Both the position numbers and the translations under genes were made by a program. Of a DNA stretch of 64,000 bases, positions 39,951-64,000 are shown piece after piece. Origin of the DNA: Styela clava (lineage: Eukaryota); contig NC_135250.1 of assembly GCF_964204865.1 (NCBI RefSeq), forward strand, positions 4,340,001 through 4,404,000, in the 5' to 3' direction. The notes under the pieces are model-generated. The model searched no databases and was not told the DNA's origin. It saw only the letters and a program-made list of their open reading frames with translations. Numbering within the stretch: position 1 is the first letter of the stretch; each line of letters starts with the position of its first letter.

Positions 39951-40761
39951 CAATAAAGACTAACTAATTGAAACCCCTACATATTCTCATACAACATAAA
40001 GGATTCGTGACAGTATACAACCGACTATATATCGATCAAGTATTTATTATTTATTACGTGCCAGGTGATATAATGTGTTAGGCCAACAAGTGGTTACCTA
40101 TCACGTCCTTACATCGCAGTGCGTTTATGCAAAATACTTAAAGCATCTGAAAAGGTATATTATCTTCTGAATGACTTGTTACACGGTATATAACAAGATG
40201 TAAACAAACTTCCCATTCAAAAGTTGCTTATTTTGAAATGATAATTGCGAAGACGTTTATATACACACCTATTTCCAATTTATGCCTAGTCTATTTTCAT
40301 ACCTTTCTATATATAGCATTAGAAATACAAATTGAAACGTTGTACTTAGTTATATAATGTCCCGAAAGGGATATAGTTCATGCACACACCTTCATTGCTA
40401 TAATGTGATAGGCCAATAGGTATTTAAAATGGTGTCTGGCCTATGAATGTTTACCACAAGGTGCATATGAATATGTAAACAAAATTTTCATTTATCAAAA
40501 TTGTTTATTTTAAAATGATAATTGCGAAGATATAAAGAGTTTCAGTTTTGTATACCTATATATGTATTTACCTATTTCTATACTAACTAGTTATATAACT
40601 TTTATATATAGAAATGAAATACAAATTTAAACTCTGTACTTGGTTATATAATGTCCCAAAGTTTAATAGTTAAAGCACACACCTACTTTGTTATATAGAA
40701 AGAACCAGACAAGACCCCTCCCGATGCAAGCATTCTCTAAAATGTAAGAAGCTACTCTGTT

Positions 40762-40974
40762 GGTACTCCTGTAGTGTGTGAACTAGGTTAGGGTTAGGCA
40801 ATAATTTTATTCCGATTTTCCTTATTTTGGTTCTATTACGAATTCGGGACTGTCCGTGTTAGCCATGTGAAAATATCCACTGCCCATAGGTTTCGGTCCC
40901 TTTACACAACTTGATGTAAAGTAGGCGAACAAAATTAGTTTCCTCCATATTGGTGCACACACTTCCGGAGCGCC
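40762..40974. mobile_element. Merlin-like MITE (type A)
   Basis: GGTACTCC...GGAGCGCC termini. Confidence 0.75.
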
Positions 40975-43801
40975 GAAAACATTACCAATCTAAAACCTCG
41001 ACGACCGAAGGTGGCTCAGCTTATTGGTCAGATTACAGGAAGTTGTATCGAAACTTACCGAAACAGCACAAAATTAAAATTATAATCGGTTGCTACCATT
41101 GTATTTTTTTAATTAAACAATACACCTGGCACCTCAATGTGATTTACCTGTACGTAAAACATGAACTGAGGTTATATAATAAGAAAATCTTTTTTCAAAA
41201 TTGACATAAAGCTTTGGTAATACGATTTTATGTTCAGATTCTAGTTTGAAGCAAATGGCAAATGAGTTTTAATTTCGAGGATTTAAGAAAAAGGGGCGAA
41301 TTTAAAAATTCGAAAAATTTCCGCTTAAAAATATTACAAAGATATAAATGAATTTCAAGTTGTTTCTGTCATGAATTGAAGCACTATTCATCTAAGCATT
41401 CCAAAAAAATACTACAGAAGTTTAAAAACACAAAAATATTTTTTATCATTTTCTCAAACGGGCTTTTTAGAGATTCGCTCTTCAGGGATGAAGTCCCCAG
41501 TTTGGTCAAATTCAAGTCAATGATGAATTAGGGAATAAACAATGCAGGCTTACATCGTCATTTCATACTAAGAGACTTAAAATTAAAGCCAAGAATTCTT
41601 TCGTTTTGTTACTAAGATTATAACATATTTCGTTCCTACTCAAAAAATTTAATGTGCTCATTACGGACACTTTTCCTGTGATCAAACAATAGTTAACAAG
41701 TAATTCGTACTCGGATTATTACGCACTTAACATACCATTGTTCCACAAAAAGTCCTGAGGCAATGAATTAACAATGACGTCGTTTTTCGAATGATAGTTT
41801 TTGAATGCAACTTAATTTCGAGAATATTAAAAATTTGGCAAATTTAACTTTATATTAGGGTATTTAATCCAGCTGCTGTATTGTAAAGGTTATCCATAAA
41901 GTCTTGAAATTTTTGAAATTCAAAAGAGGGAATTTTTTATCGATACTATATATTGTTTTGGCTCTCACAGATATAATAAATGAAGTAAAAATACTTGAAT
42001 AATTACTGGTTAAAAAACAACAAACTTGGTTAAAATATATTGAAAACAGACTTCATAACAAAATTGAAATTGTTAAGAGACCTCGTGGTTATTCTGTATA
42101 TTAAAAATAGGTAAATTCGAGTTCATTTTACAGTAATTAGCATATAGTCACCATCAGTTGCAGCATATGTAACAAGAGTTGAAACAAATTGCTTATTGTC
42201 TGGCCTTAGTTTTCAGTGAATGACACCGTCTCGTTGGGCAGTCACATGACTTATGGAGTTTTGCTTAATTTCCTGTTGTGGGTTTCTTTAGGGTTGATGT
42301 AGTTATTGTTAAAAATTGCTGATCTTCACCACTAACGGACCAATTGACTCCAAAGTATGTAAGTATTTTAGTATTTAAAGATGAAGGAAGACACTAGCAA
42401 GTTATTATTTTAGTTTTGTTTGCTAAACAAAACATTTGGAGGCACGATATTCTAAACTAAATTTTGATGTTTTATTTCAATTCCGTGAAAATTGTTTACA
42501 TTTAATTCTTGTGTCCATATACTTGAGTGTTGCTATCTTGTTCCCCCGAACATGGCTACAAACGAGCACAAGAATCCATCGATACATGATGGTTTAATAA
42601 AGAGGATTAATATTCTGTGCAAAATATTTATCTCTGATTACAACATTTTAAACATAATCGCCGTCGTAGAAATGGCACACCGGTTTGGATAAAGTATGAA
42701 TTCCGGAATAAACTAAATATGACCGGATAAAACAAAACGCACATTTTGAAATAAAATTTAAATAAACTCGCTTCAACTCGGTAAATCAAGGATTTTGAAA
42801 CTTGATAGAACGAAAACAAAATGATCGGATGTTAAATGTGGATTATACACAAAATCAGCGAGGATTTAAAAAGGAGGAAAATTCTCAAAACCTTCAGAAT
42901 CGGATTAAATTGATAAGTTGTGTTGCGGCTCCGTTTTACGAAAGATTTAATTCTTTTATTGTTTACATTTCTTGTCATTACATGATTATGAACTTATCGA
43001 AAATATTAGTAAGCAATATTTAAGCTTATTAGTTTACTCGTTAGTCGACATCGCCTCGCCGTGATGGAATTTCAGGTTAGAGAAGTAGTTTCGTGATTCC
43101 CACATCCAGTCAAGAAGTAATAACATGTGGCCGTATGTAGTGGGGTATCTAAAGCATTGAATGAATAACTTCGAAACAAAAAACGGAAAAGCTGGATTTG
43201 CCATGGAATGAAACTGACTGTCAAATTGTGAAAAAACTAATCGACGATTCTTAAAGAAAATGAAACAAAACTAAATATATACCCCCACCCTTTTTTGGGG
43301 GGCAATAAAAAACATTCTCAGTATTATACACAGCATTTTTTCGTACATTGTAACGCTTTTTCGTAGCTTGAAACCCGCTAACTGATAAGATCCAACTCGA
43401 CAATTAGAGATATTAGACTCCAACTGTTTAAAATTATAGGCTACCTAACCCTATTGCGTGAAGCACAACGTTCCGATGTTTCTATTACTCGCAGCTTTCT
43501 ACATACTCCATGCAAAAACACAATCACAAGCAAACAAGTACTACATCTGTCGAACATTTGCTATACTGATAATTGGTAATCGCTATAGAGAACGTTCCCT
43601 GGTCTGGTCGTGACCTGACCTAAACATGAAAAATAAATGAAGTTACATAACCGCTTGTCAGGCGTGTCAAACGTAGTCTAAGAATACCTTCATGAAATGA
43701 ATATTCCCAACGTTTAAATAAGTTAATTTATTCATTAGTTTCGTCCACGACAGCACGTGTTAATCTTCCCAGTTCTTATTTATAGACTGCATTCAAATAA
43801 G

Positions 43802-44011
43802 GGCGCTCCAGGAGTATGTATACCAATATGGAACTAATTTTGTTCGCCTACTTTACATCAAGTTGTGTAAAGGGACTGAAACCTATGGGCGGGAGGTATA
43901 TTCACTTGATTAACATAGACAGTCCCCGAACTCGTAATAAAACCAAAATAAGAAAAATCGGAAAAAATTTATGGCCTAACCCTAACCTGGTACACATACT
44001 ACGGGAGTACT
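43802..44011. mobile_element. Merlin-like MITE (type A)
   Basis: Perfect TSD CAAATAAG. Confidence 0.83.
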
Positions 44012-45796
44012 CAAATAAGCATTAAACAAACGGTATAACTAGTGGCGTATTGGAAGTTTCCACATGAGGTGACCAATATTTAAATATAAGCAACATAGTG
44101 ACGCCATATTATCAAAATGTGACGTCATAACGACAAAACGTGACATCATATTATAGGTTTAAGTGGCGAGGTTTGCATAACCAAAAGAATTTCCAGTACT
44201 AAATATCATAGTGGGTATGCTATGTGTATTCAAAAAAGTAGAGTACTGCAGAAAAACGTTGATCTTCTGCGCAATTCCAAATTTTTCATCATATATATAT
44301 ATATTTAATGGATTCATTCTGATACAAATTACTTTAGAAACTCCCTTTATATATACACCCTCTGGGCCGCTCACACGAAACGAATTTTGTAGCATTTATA
44401 GAAATAGACTATTTGCGGCGTTGCATTATCCCAAGCACAATAAACCTAACAAAAAAATTATTCTTATTTTTACGCAGTGCTGTCTTTTTCTGACTCATTT
44501 TTAATCTCAAATTTGACCTGTCTCCAACTAACGTTACAACCTTCTGTGCCGCAGATGTAAGTTACCGCAATACGCCCTTTTATGCTAGACAGGGTATATT
44601 ATCCTTTCACAAGAATAAGAGTTACATAATGTGCCACAATTTGGGTTATGCATAATTTAAGGACATAAATATACAATTGTGTAACACGAAAGAAATGGGT
44701 GAAAGGTTCCTGCAATGCGATATCGTTAAAGTAAGCGTAATTCTAGTCTCACACGCACGGGTGTTTCGCTTGAACACATTTGCAAATGTATTTATCTGCT
44801 TCATTATGCAATTCATGAATACATTTGTGTTAGTGTGCAGCAGAACTCTTGAATTGCATAATATAGTTTTTTTTTTCTGCTACAGCATCCTTGCATTATA
44901 CGCATACGGATCAACTAGTGACTAGAGCAAAAGCATTGAGGAAGGATTGGGAGTTAGTCTCGCGCAACCTCAACTGATAGTATTTTTCTGCGTCCGCAAT
45001 TTTTTTGGTTGTTTGGGGTTAGTAAGGGGGTCAAAATTAAAAAAAAAAAACGACTAAAATAAATTCGTTTTAATTTTTATTGATGTCATTGAGTCGTGGT
45101 TACTGACTTCTGGCTATAAGATTAGTTTCCGAAACTTCGCAATCGAGATTAAATCTACCGTTACCAAAAATCGTGTCAACTCGATGTCTTTAAATACCAA
45201 AACAACTGCGCTTTTGGCAATCAAAATCTTATCGTTTAGCCTTCGTTGGAGATAATGGATTCTATTTGTACTTTACCACGAAAACGTACTTGGGCAAACA
45301 TTTCTCAGAACGCAAGTTTGACAGAATTCAAGTTTGTAAAAAATCCTACACGGTAAAAATTTGATAAGTATTACTTTACTTTCGAAGTAATGAAACTATA
45401 TCTAATATTAAAAATTACCTCTTGTTTACATGACAATTATGGTTACTTGTCTATGGGTTTATTTAAAGCGAACGGATGAAAAAATCATCAAAACTACTTT
45501 TAAAATACCTTGTCGTATATTCGAAAGCTTGTCGCTTTCGTCGGACTCTTCTTTCACACACAAAATAAAAACAAAAAAAAAAGAATAAAAAAACTTTTAA
45601 ATTTGAGCATGGCATTGAAATACAAACAATTGTTTGCCAGCGGAAAACTTTCATCGCAGATAATCAGAATCCCTAACAATATGCACTTTAGTTCATTAAA
45701 AGAACGGCAAGGTGTTCCACACAAGAAAAAGCATAAATTGTGAACATTTAACTATCTTAAGTGATTCAAGAGTCTTGCTGCACACTAACACAAATA

Positions 45797-45848
45797 TATT
45801 CCTGTAACGTTTCGTCTGACCAAGATCAGATTTCTTCAGACAAGCATA
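45797..45848 (-). ncRNA. Minimal type-I hammerhead ribozyme-like motif (probably decayed)
   Basis: Minus strand TATGCTTGT-CTGAAGA-AA-TCTGATCTTGGTCAGA-C-GAAACGTT-ACAGGAATA: both core boxes, stem I, stem II and palindromic stem III. Confidence 0.55.
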
Positions 45849-46243
45849 GCAATTGCATGCATATTTAAACAATCAGTGTAAACCTATGGGCGTTACGCAT
45901 GTTAAATAATCGAAAAAAAAACGCAATGTAGCGTTAACTATTGATTAAAATAGTTGGGTAACGGGAAACTTTCCACTTTGTAGATGATCAGATTCCCTAA
46001 CAATATTGACTTGACTTGACGTCTATGCAAAATTGAACTCAATGTGTTATTAAATGTAGTTGAATACTTACACGAGCTTAAAAGAAAGAATTCTTTTGTG
46101 TAAGATTTCAGAAAATTTCTCAAAACGTTTTGTTGTCACGATCGTGACGAACCATCAGTCACGTTTATCTGTTTGTAATTATCCGTGATAACACTTTACA
46201 AGCTCTCAAGTGTTTTTGTATAAAAACGAGTTATGTTAGTTGA

Positions 46244-46596
46244 TCATACAAACAAGTAAGTGGTGTTCGGAGTCTCATTTTTGAAAATTCTAAATCCGAT
46301 GAATAAATGTTAAGTGCGGTCCATAGAACTTTAACTTTGGGAATTTTAAATTATGGTACAAAGAACATGAATGTCAAATTGTTACTGGCAGGCTTTGGTA
46401 TAAAATAGAATTCCCACTCATACAAACAAAGCAAGTGGTGTTCGGAATCTATTTAATATAATAATCCTAAATCCGGTGAATAAATTTTTAGTGCGGTTCA
46501 TGCAGTTCTAGCATTAAGAATTTCAAATTGTGGTATAAATTACGAGAATGTCAAATTGTTACTGGCAGACCTTGGTTGAAGATAGAATTTCCACTC
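46244..46596. repeat. Diverged tandem duplication, ~175-bp unit x2
   Basis: CATACAAACAA..GTGGTGTTCGGA...TGTCAAATTGTTACTGGCAG...TAGAATT(C/T)CCACT occurs twice. Confidence 0.75.
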
Positions 46597-48186
46597 TTGC
46601 ACACCAAAATGCTTTCGTCCGACGTGCTATATGAAATCAGTTGATTCAGGGTTATCAGCACAAATATAACGATTACTTTGATGAAAAAATAAAATCGGTG
46701 ATTCGAGTGTATTTCAGTGTTTCTCTATTTGAGGTCTGAGATACCTGAGCAGTAGTTCGAGGGACGCAAGTAAAGATGTACATGAGTGTTTTTCAGTGTT
46801 TCTCAAACTGTAGTTTGATACCCTTTTTGGGTCAATGAATCAGTTATAGGTACCATTCGCGAAACCTACATAAATTCAAAGTATATTTAGCGCGGTTTCT
46901 TCAATCCCTTGACTGTATTTATTTACATTTATTTGTTTTGTTTGAACGTGGTTCTTAAAATAACAGATGAAAGTTCGTTAAAAGGTAAATTGGTTTAAAA
47001 GATTTATTTGTATTGAGGAAACCGACGTCCGACGTGCTTTGATATCAGTTGCACACGGCAATTAACAGTAATATAACGTTACAGTAATACAACATTAATC
47101 CTGTAACATTAAAGTTGGTATTCCTAATCATAGTCATATGCTCTGAAATATAATTAAACGGTATGCAAACGGCCCATATTTGAATATACAGAGTGTCCAT
47201 GAAGTTCCACTTGAAATTTTAATTCTAATTTCGCCATTCATTAATTCATCACTATACAGGGTGTCCATAAAGTCCCTTTACAGTTTCAATTTTGTTATGG
47301 AGTCAGTTCTAAATATGTCTTAAACCAGGATTGTTGTTTTTTAATCAGTATATAATTGTTTTAGTATTTTTACTTCATTTAATACATCTGTGAAGGCCAA
47401 AACAATATATGATAACGATAAATTCCCTTTTTCCTGAATTATAACTGAACGGTATTCTATCGACTTAGAGTTGAATGTATTACTGATTAGTTATAACATT
47501 ATATTTAGATTTATTCGGTTTGAATAATGTTTCTAAAACCTAAGACAGCTCACTAACGAAAATATCTTTTGCAAGTGTTTTGAAACCTAATTACGGAAAT
47601 CAAAACCGTTTTAAAATTTGAATTTAATATACATTTAACTGAATCACTCGATTTACTCAGTTTGAATAAATTTTAAAAACCGTTGTACTCAATTGTATAA
47701 ATTGTATGTTTTATTGAAACGATAAATTTAATGTTTTAAAAAGTGGATTAATGTGAACTGCAATTTCATTTCCAAATACCCCACACACAAATTTGCAAAT
47801 GTGTTCAAGCGAAACGTCCGTGCGTGTTATACTAGAATTACGTTTTAAACGATATTGAAGGCAGTTTAACACATTCTAATAAATGTTTTTCGCTTTCACT
47901 TTTGAGCTGATGTAACTAAAACCAGTTTCAAATTCAATATTCTAAACATTGCACAACATTCACTGTTGTCATTCTGCGTAATAGTTACCATGCAAATTGA
48001 TCTAATGCGCGGATATGACAAATAACAAGCGTAGCGAAATTATCTTCTTTCACGGAAAAATTTTCTATGTTAAAATATATGACAAATAGTCAGTAACAAC
48101 AAGGGCTGACGTAATAATGCGGATACAGATTAACAATCATAACGGCATTATCTGGTCATTATTTTTCTTGTTCCTTTTATACGACA

Positions 48187-48503
48187 CAGTGGTTCTGAAA
48201 CTTTTTAGGCCGCTGCCCATTTTTAGAATTTGTGAAGTCTGGCGCTCCACCTCAAAAAGTAACTAGCTAACAATAAGCTACAAATAACAGATTGTAATGC
48301 GAAAGTATGATTTATTCAAAAAACATGTTGAAAAAACGCGAATGAAACGCAAATATCCAAAATAAAAAGATCCAAATATACAAAATAAGACAGGCAAAAT
48401 CAAATCTAACAAATATTTTTATTTTGAATTAGCTTCACGCACCCCCAAAAAAATTGCCTACACCCAGTCGTGTGGGGCGCGTCCTATCGTTTGAGAACCA
48501 TTG
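48187..48503. mobile_element. hAT-like MITE
   Basis: TIRs CAGTGGTTCTGAAAC / GTTTGAGAACCATTG; homologous to the segment starting at 16455. Confidence 0.65.
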
Positions 48504-51050
48504 CGATAGACCAACGTTACCAAACCGGATAGAAATCCCTTCTCCGGGAGGAGGATTGCCGTTTTCGGGAGGAATTTTGATTTGTGTTTGCTGTAGTATT
48601 ACTAATATCCTTTATATTATATATTATTTAAACTTTACAAAAAAGGGAGACCTATCTGCGCATGGAAAACTAGTCCCCGAACTCGTAATAGAACTAAAAT
48701 AAGGAAATCGGAATAAAATTATGTCCCAACCCTATCCTGGTACACGTACTACGGGAGTCTCTCCAATGATATACTTGAAAAAATAAGAATGTTTTGGGAA
48801 AACCTTCATCTCGGTTTCGACCTGATCTTTCGGAGTATCAGACCGGATGTTGAACGTGTGGTTCCCAAAGGGGGGCTGGGTGTAGGGGAATCGCCGTTAT
48901 CGCACACATTCACAAAATAAACATAATTGACTTCATCTTCTATAAATTTTTATACCATCAGAATAACGTAATTATTCGCCATTATGGTAATAATCGCAAA
49001 GATACCAAGTTCAACTTAGTTTAAATAAAACAAGACAAGCTAGTGTGAATGTTTACATTTCCTAACGTTGATGTCACAGCGTGATAATTGATTTATTTAC
49101 AAAATTCCGTATAAGTTTGTGTCGCTTATACAATAAGTATTTTCATATTTATGACACATAACAATGTTCCTGTTATTCACATAATCAAATGCAATTATTC
49201 TGAGGACGATTTTACTTTCGAAACTTCCGAACTGACAATCAGAATTACGTTTTTAGTAAAATAAGTGATAATCTCAAGAATATATACTGACATGAAAATT
49301 GTTTATTAATAAAAAATAGATTAAATAAACTTCTTATTTTAACACTGAGAGTTTTCACAACCGTTGTCAACGGGTTCTTTAAAAAATTATGGCTCTTTAC
49401 ATATTCCTAGATATGCGTGGTTTCTTGTACATGGCAAGGACGTAGCCAGGATTTTTTAAAGGCGTTGGGCAGGGTGGTCCAAACCCAGGCCCGCGGGCCG
49501 CAAGTGGCCCGCCGCTCCATTATCTGTATCCGCGCCGCATTCGGAGCGCAATCAAAATATCGTATTTTAAATTGCTCATAAAATAAATCAGAAAAATCGT
49601 TTGACATATTGTTGTTATCACTACTGTGACTGAATTAACTAGTATGATGGCTAGCTGAAGCAACCAGCGAAGTTGAAGTTGTGATGGGCAGTCTAAATTG
49701 TTACCTGGATTTCTATCCTTTTGGTTGGGAATATATGCTAACAATATAGGCATGATAGAAAACTAAACATCGGATGCGGATTCCATTAGCCTATAGGGGG
49801 CAATGCCTGAAAGCTATGTGTTAACACAATAAAAGTGCTTGTTTTGTATTGAACTGTTCACCTATTCTTGGTACTATTGTGGCCCGCGAACAATGCCAAA
49901 ATAATTTCGTGGCCCGCGGAGCCCAAAACCTTGGACCAGCCTGGGCTAGGGGGTCTGGCATTTAGCCACTTAGACCGTGCCAGCCAGCGGGTACAATCGG
50001 ATGCCGGAAAATGTGGGTTTTCATGAGTCTTGAAGGATTAAAACGCGTTTCAAGCTACGGAGAACTATTATTTATGATATACAGAAAAATGCTTTTTTAC
50101 ATTTCAAAAAGTGGAGTCCCGCAAACCCCTCCTCCCTGGTAAATGGCCTTGTTTGGAGCGTAAGGCACAAATAAGCATACTTTATACTGTTGCTTGTGTC
50201 GCCCTGATAGACTATTGCATGTCTCTTAGGCCGATCAGTGATTTTTTGTAATTTTCTCTCTCTCTCTCTACTTTACTCGAAAGCGCTAAATCCTGCTTAA
50301 AATAAACTTGCATAAAATGACTGGTGAAATTATTGAAGTTATATTATATCAAGTAAACAACATTTAATTGACACACATGCACATTTCAAATTAAAAAAGT
50401 GCAACACTGACATGCTGACTGAACAAAACCAAATAACCTTAAAAATAATCAAATCATGAAAGATTAAGGAAATTGAAATTAATCAATAAGGATTACTTGA
50501 TTGCAGATAGCCGATTCACTTTTTTCGGTGAAGTTACAATTGCCTGTAAATATTATCAATGATTAAACCATTAACTTGAAGAATAATTTCGCCACTTTAC
50601 ACACGTAAGGCAGTCTGGTTTGCGTTTTTAATGCTTAATTTTATGAGTTCACATTTTCGACCAGAACGAGAATCCGTGCAAGCGGTCACGTATGGAAATA
50701 TCAAATACATCAGTAAAACATGACCCTTTCTGTTTCGACATGTATGGGGACAATTTATTACATTACCTGTGATCAACCTGGGCTCTCCAAGGAAACACAG
50801 AGCAGTTGGTTGGGAAGGAGGCATGCTACTAGGCGAAAAACTGATTTTACTTTTCACATGGCAAGAAAACTTCCCGTTCATTCCTCAATAAGGTTATTTT
50901 ACAGGATGTTTTCACTTTGTTGAGCTTGAAGTGAACATAATGGGATTTGGAATCTGCCAATCAAAATAATATTATGAAAATCACTGGAATGGCAAACAAG
51001 GGGGGCCACGAGGGCTAAAAGCCTCTGGCTAGAGGGCCATTAGTCATAAG

Positions 51051-51464
51051 TAGGGCTGGGCATTTTCGAATACCTGATGATTTCAGAATCGGATCGAATA
51101 TTTTTTTCGAATCGAATCGAATCTCGAATACTTGGGAGATATATAATTGTATGTAACTTTTTTCTTGTATTTGGTCCTCCAGACACATAAATTACTGGAA
51201 ACGTAAAATACATCACTCAGACAGATTGCTTAGCGTCCACACACAATAAAAAACACGTTTTCATCAATAACTCAATACAGAAAAGAGTCTTATGTCAGAA
51301 TTACCTTGAAAAAATATGGCTTCAATAAAAAAAATTAAAAAATTTATCTCGATAATTGGCGGAAAGGAAAAAAACAAGATGGTGGCGATTCGAAATTTCG
51401 TTCTGAACCGATTCGAATAATTTACTATTCGATTCGAATATTCGATTCGAAATGCCCAGCCCTA
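51051..51464. mobile_element. hAT-like MITE family E
   Basis: TIRs TAGGGCTGGGCATTT / AAATGCCCAGCCCTA, subterminal TCGAAT repeats, degenerate TSD GTCATAAG/GTCATAGT. Confidence 0.78.
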
Positions 51465-51755
51465 GTCATAGTTTGGGGAGGGGGGCGACCGTAACACACC
51501 TTGGGTGATTCCTATTCTTAATCTCAAACTCTAACTTAAATAGCTAACCACATTTGATAATTGTAAAAATATTGGTTTATACACTCACCACACGAGTGCT
51601 GGCTCTTCATCACGCCAATTTACAGAAACAACAGAATATGTAATATTTGATTATGTGAAAAAGAGCTAAAATGTCATAACTTCAATTCAATGATTATATA
51701 AAATGTAAGAAACGATTTCAATAAAACATAAATGGTGAATCAATATTAAAAATAA

Positions 51756-51991
51756 GGCACTCAAGTAGTATGTGAACCAAGATGGCGAACGCCGGAACGT
51801 AGTATGTGTACCAGGTTAGGGTTAGGCAATAATTTCACGTACAAATAATACGGGAGTCACTTGGCTAGTTCCCGAACTCGTAATAGAACTAAAATAAGGA
51901 AAATTGGGATAAAATTATGCCATAACCCTAACCTAGTACACATTCCACGTTCTGGTGTCTGCCATCTTGGTTTACATACTACGGGAGCCAC
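51756..51991. mobile_element. Merlin-like MITE (type B)
   Basis: Long TIRs, TSD 7/8 match. Confidence 0.78.
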
Positions 51992-52768
51992 TAAAATAAT
52001 AATAAAGATAACGAACACTCTTGCTAGAAAATTAAAAAATACTGCAAAGTGTGAAGCTATTGCAAAATGATCGAATAAAACAATTTTGATTAAACAATAA
52101 AAGTTTTGTTGCTTGAGTGAATGAAATTATCTTTTCCAAGTACCAGTCGATTCAGGCTGAAGATTGCATGTTGTTCCAATAAAAAATAGTTTCAAAACAT
52201 ATTTTAATATTTATGTTATTATCAAATTTTAAAAAGTGTGTTAAACACTCAGCGTGCAATGGTTATCATAACTCCCAAAATGTGGCAACAGTGAATTATG
52301 GCTTTCAGGTAGTGTACATGTTGATTTAGTATATCGTGCATAGGCCGGGCCCAGTGATTTCCCTACCCCCCCCTCCCCCCTCCTAAAATAAAAAGCTAGG
52401 GAACATTCTAGGCCCGCACCCGATCAAGCAAAAGTCTTCGCCAGGTACCATTTGTAATGAATACATTGATTTAAAGTAAATTGATTGTGATCTGCTTAAT
52501 TCTTTGGCCGTAATGCTCTTATTATTGGACACGAAATGAGCCTTTGGATCTTTTTCTTGTTTGTATTTTTCTTCCTGTTGTTGTGAAAAGAATGTATTTT
52601 TCGCTGGCAGGTTAATACTTTATTCAGAGCGTCTCTGAGTTGTCACGACCTGAGAGGTTCAATCAGTTCCCGTCCTAATGCAGCTTTGCGTATAGTCACC
52701 ACAATAAAGTTCGCTGTCTATGATTTGAATTTATTTTACCAAGATGTGACCACTGTATCATGGAATTG

Positions 52769-63946
<11,178 letters not shown>

Positions 63947-64000
63947 CTAGTTTATTTACTGATAAAATAAAATTCTGCGAAAATGGAATGTCACTATATT

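Noticed and set aside
40069-40690. Degenerate tandem duplication
   Set aside because: Real but old, AT-rich and without a functional signal.

Overview
AT-rich eukaryotic (metazoan) genomic DNA with many GT-AG introns and dense MITEs. The style suggests an invertebrate chordate such as a tunicate, but that is inference. Splicing exons by hand gives three minus-strand genes. (1) A small Ly6/uPAR (three-finger) protein gene, ATG at 1177, running off the window start. (2) A 19-exon, ~1160-aa gene (33218->4196) in which a complete four-TM tetraspanin (IQNHYSCCGFDS...GCY) is fused in frame to a 12-TM Patched-domain/sterol-sensing (PTCHD3/NPC1-like RND) protein. The fusion junction lies inside one exon (17049-17658), so it is not an artefact of joining two gene models. 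This is the main finding. (3) An 11-exon, ~536-aa SH2D4A/B-like adaptor gene (63937->52769). Non-coding DNA holds about 16 copies of a GG...CC, 8-bp-TSD (Merlin-like) MITE family carrying TTAGGGTTAGG, several hAT- and Tc1-type MITEs (one nested), a near-perfect 149-bp-arm inverted duplication, minisatellites and a decayed minimal hammerhead-ribozyme motif. All calls were made by eye, without database searches.
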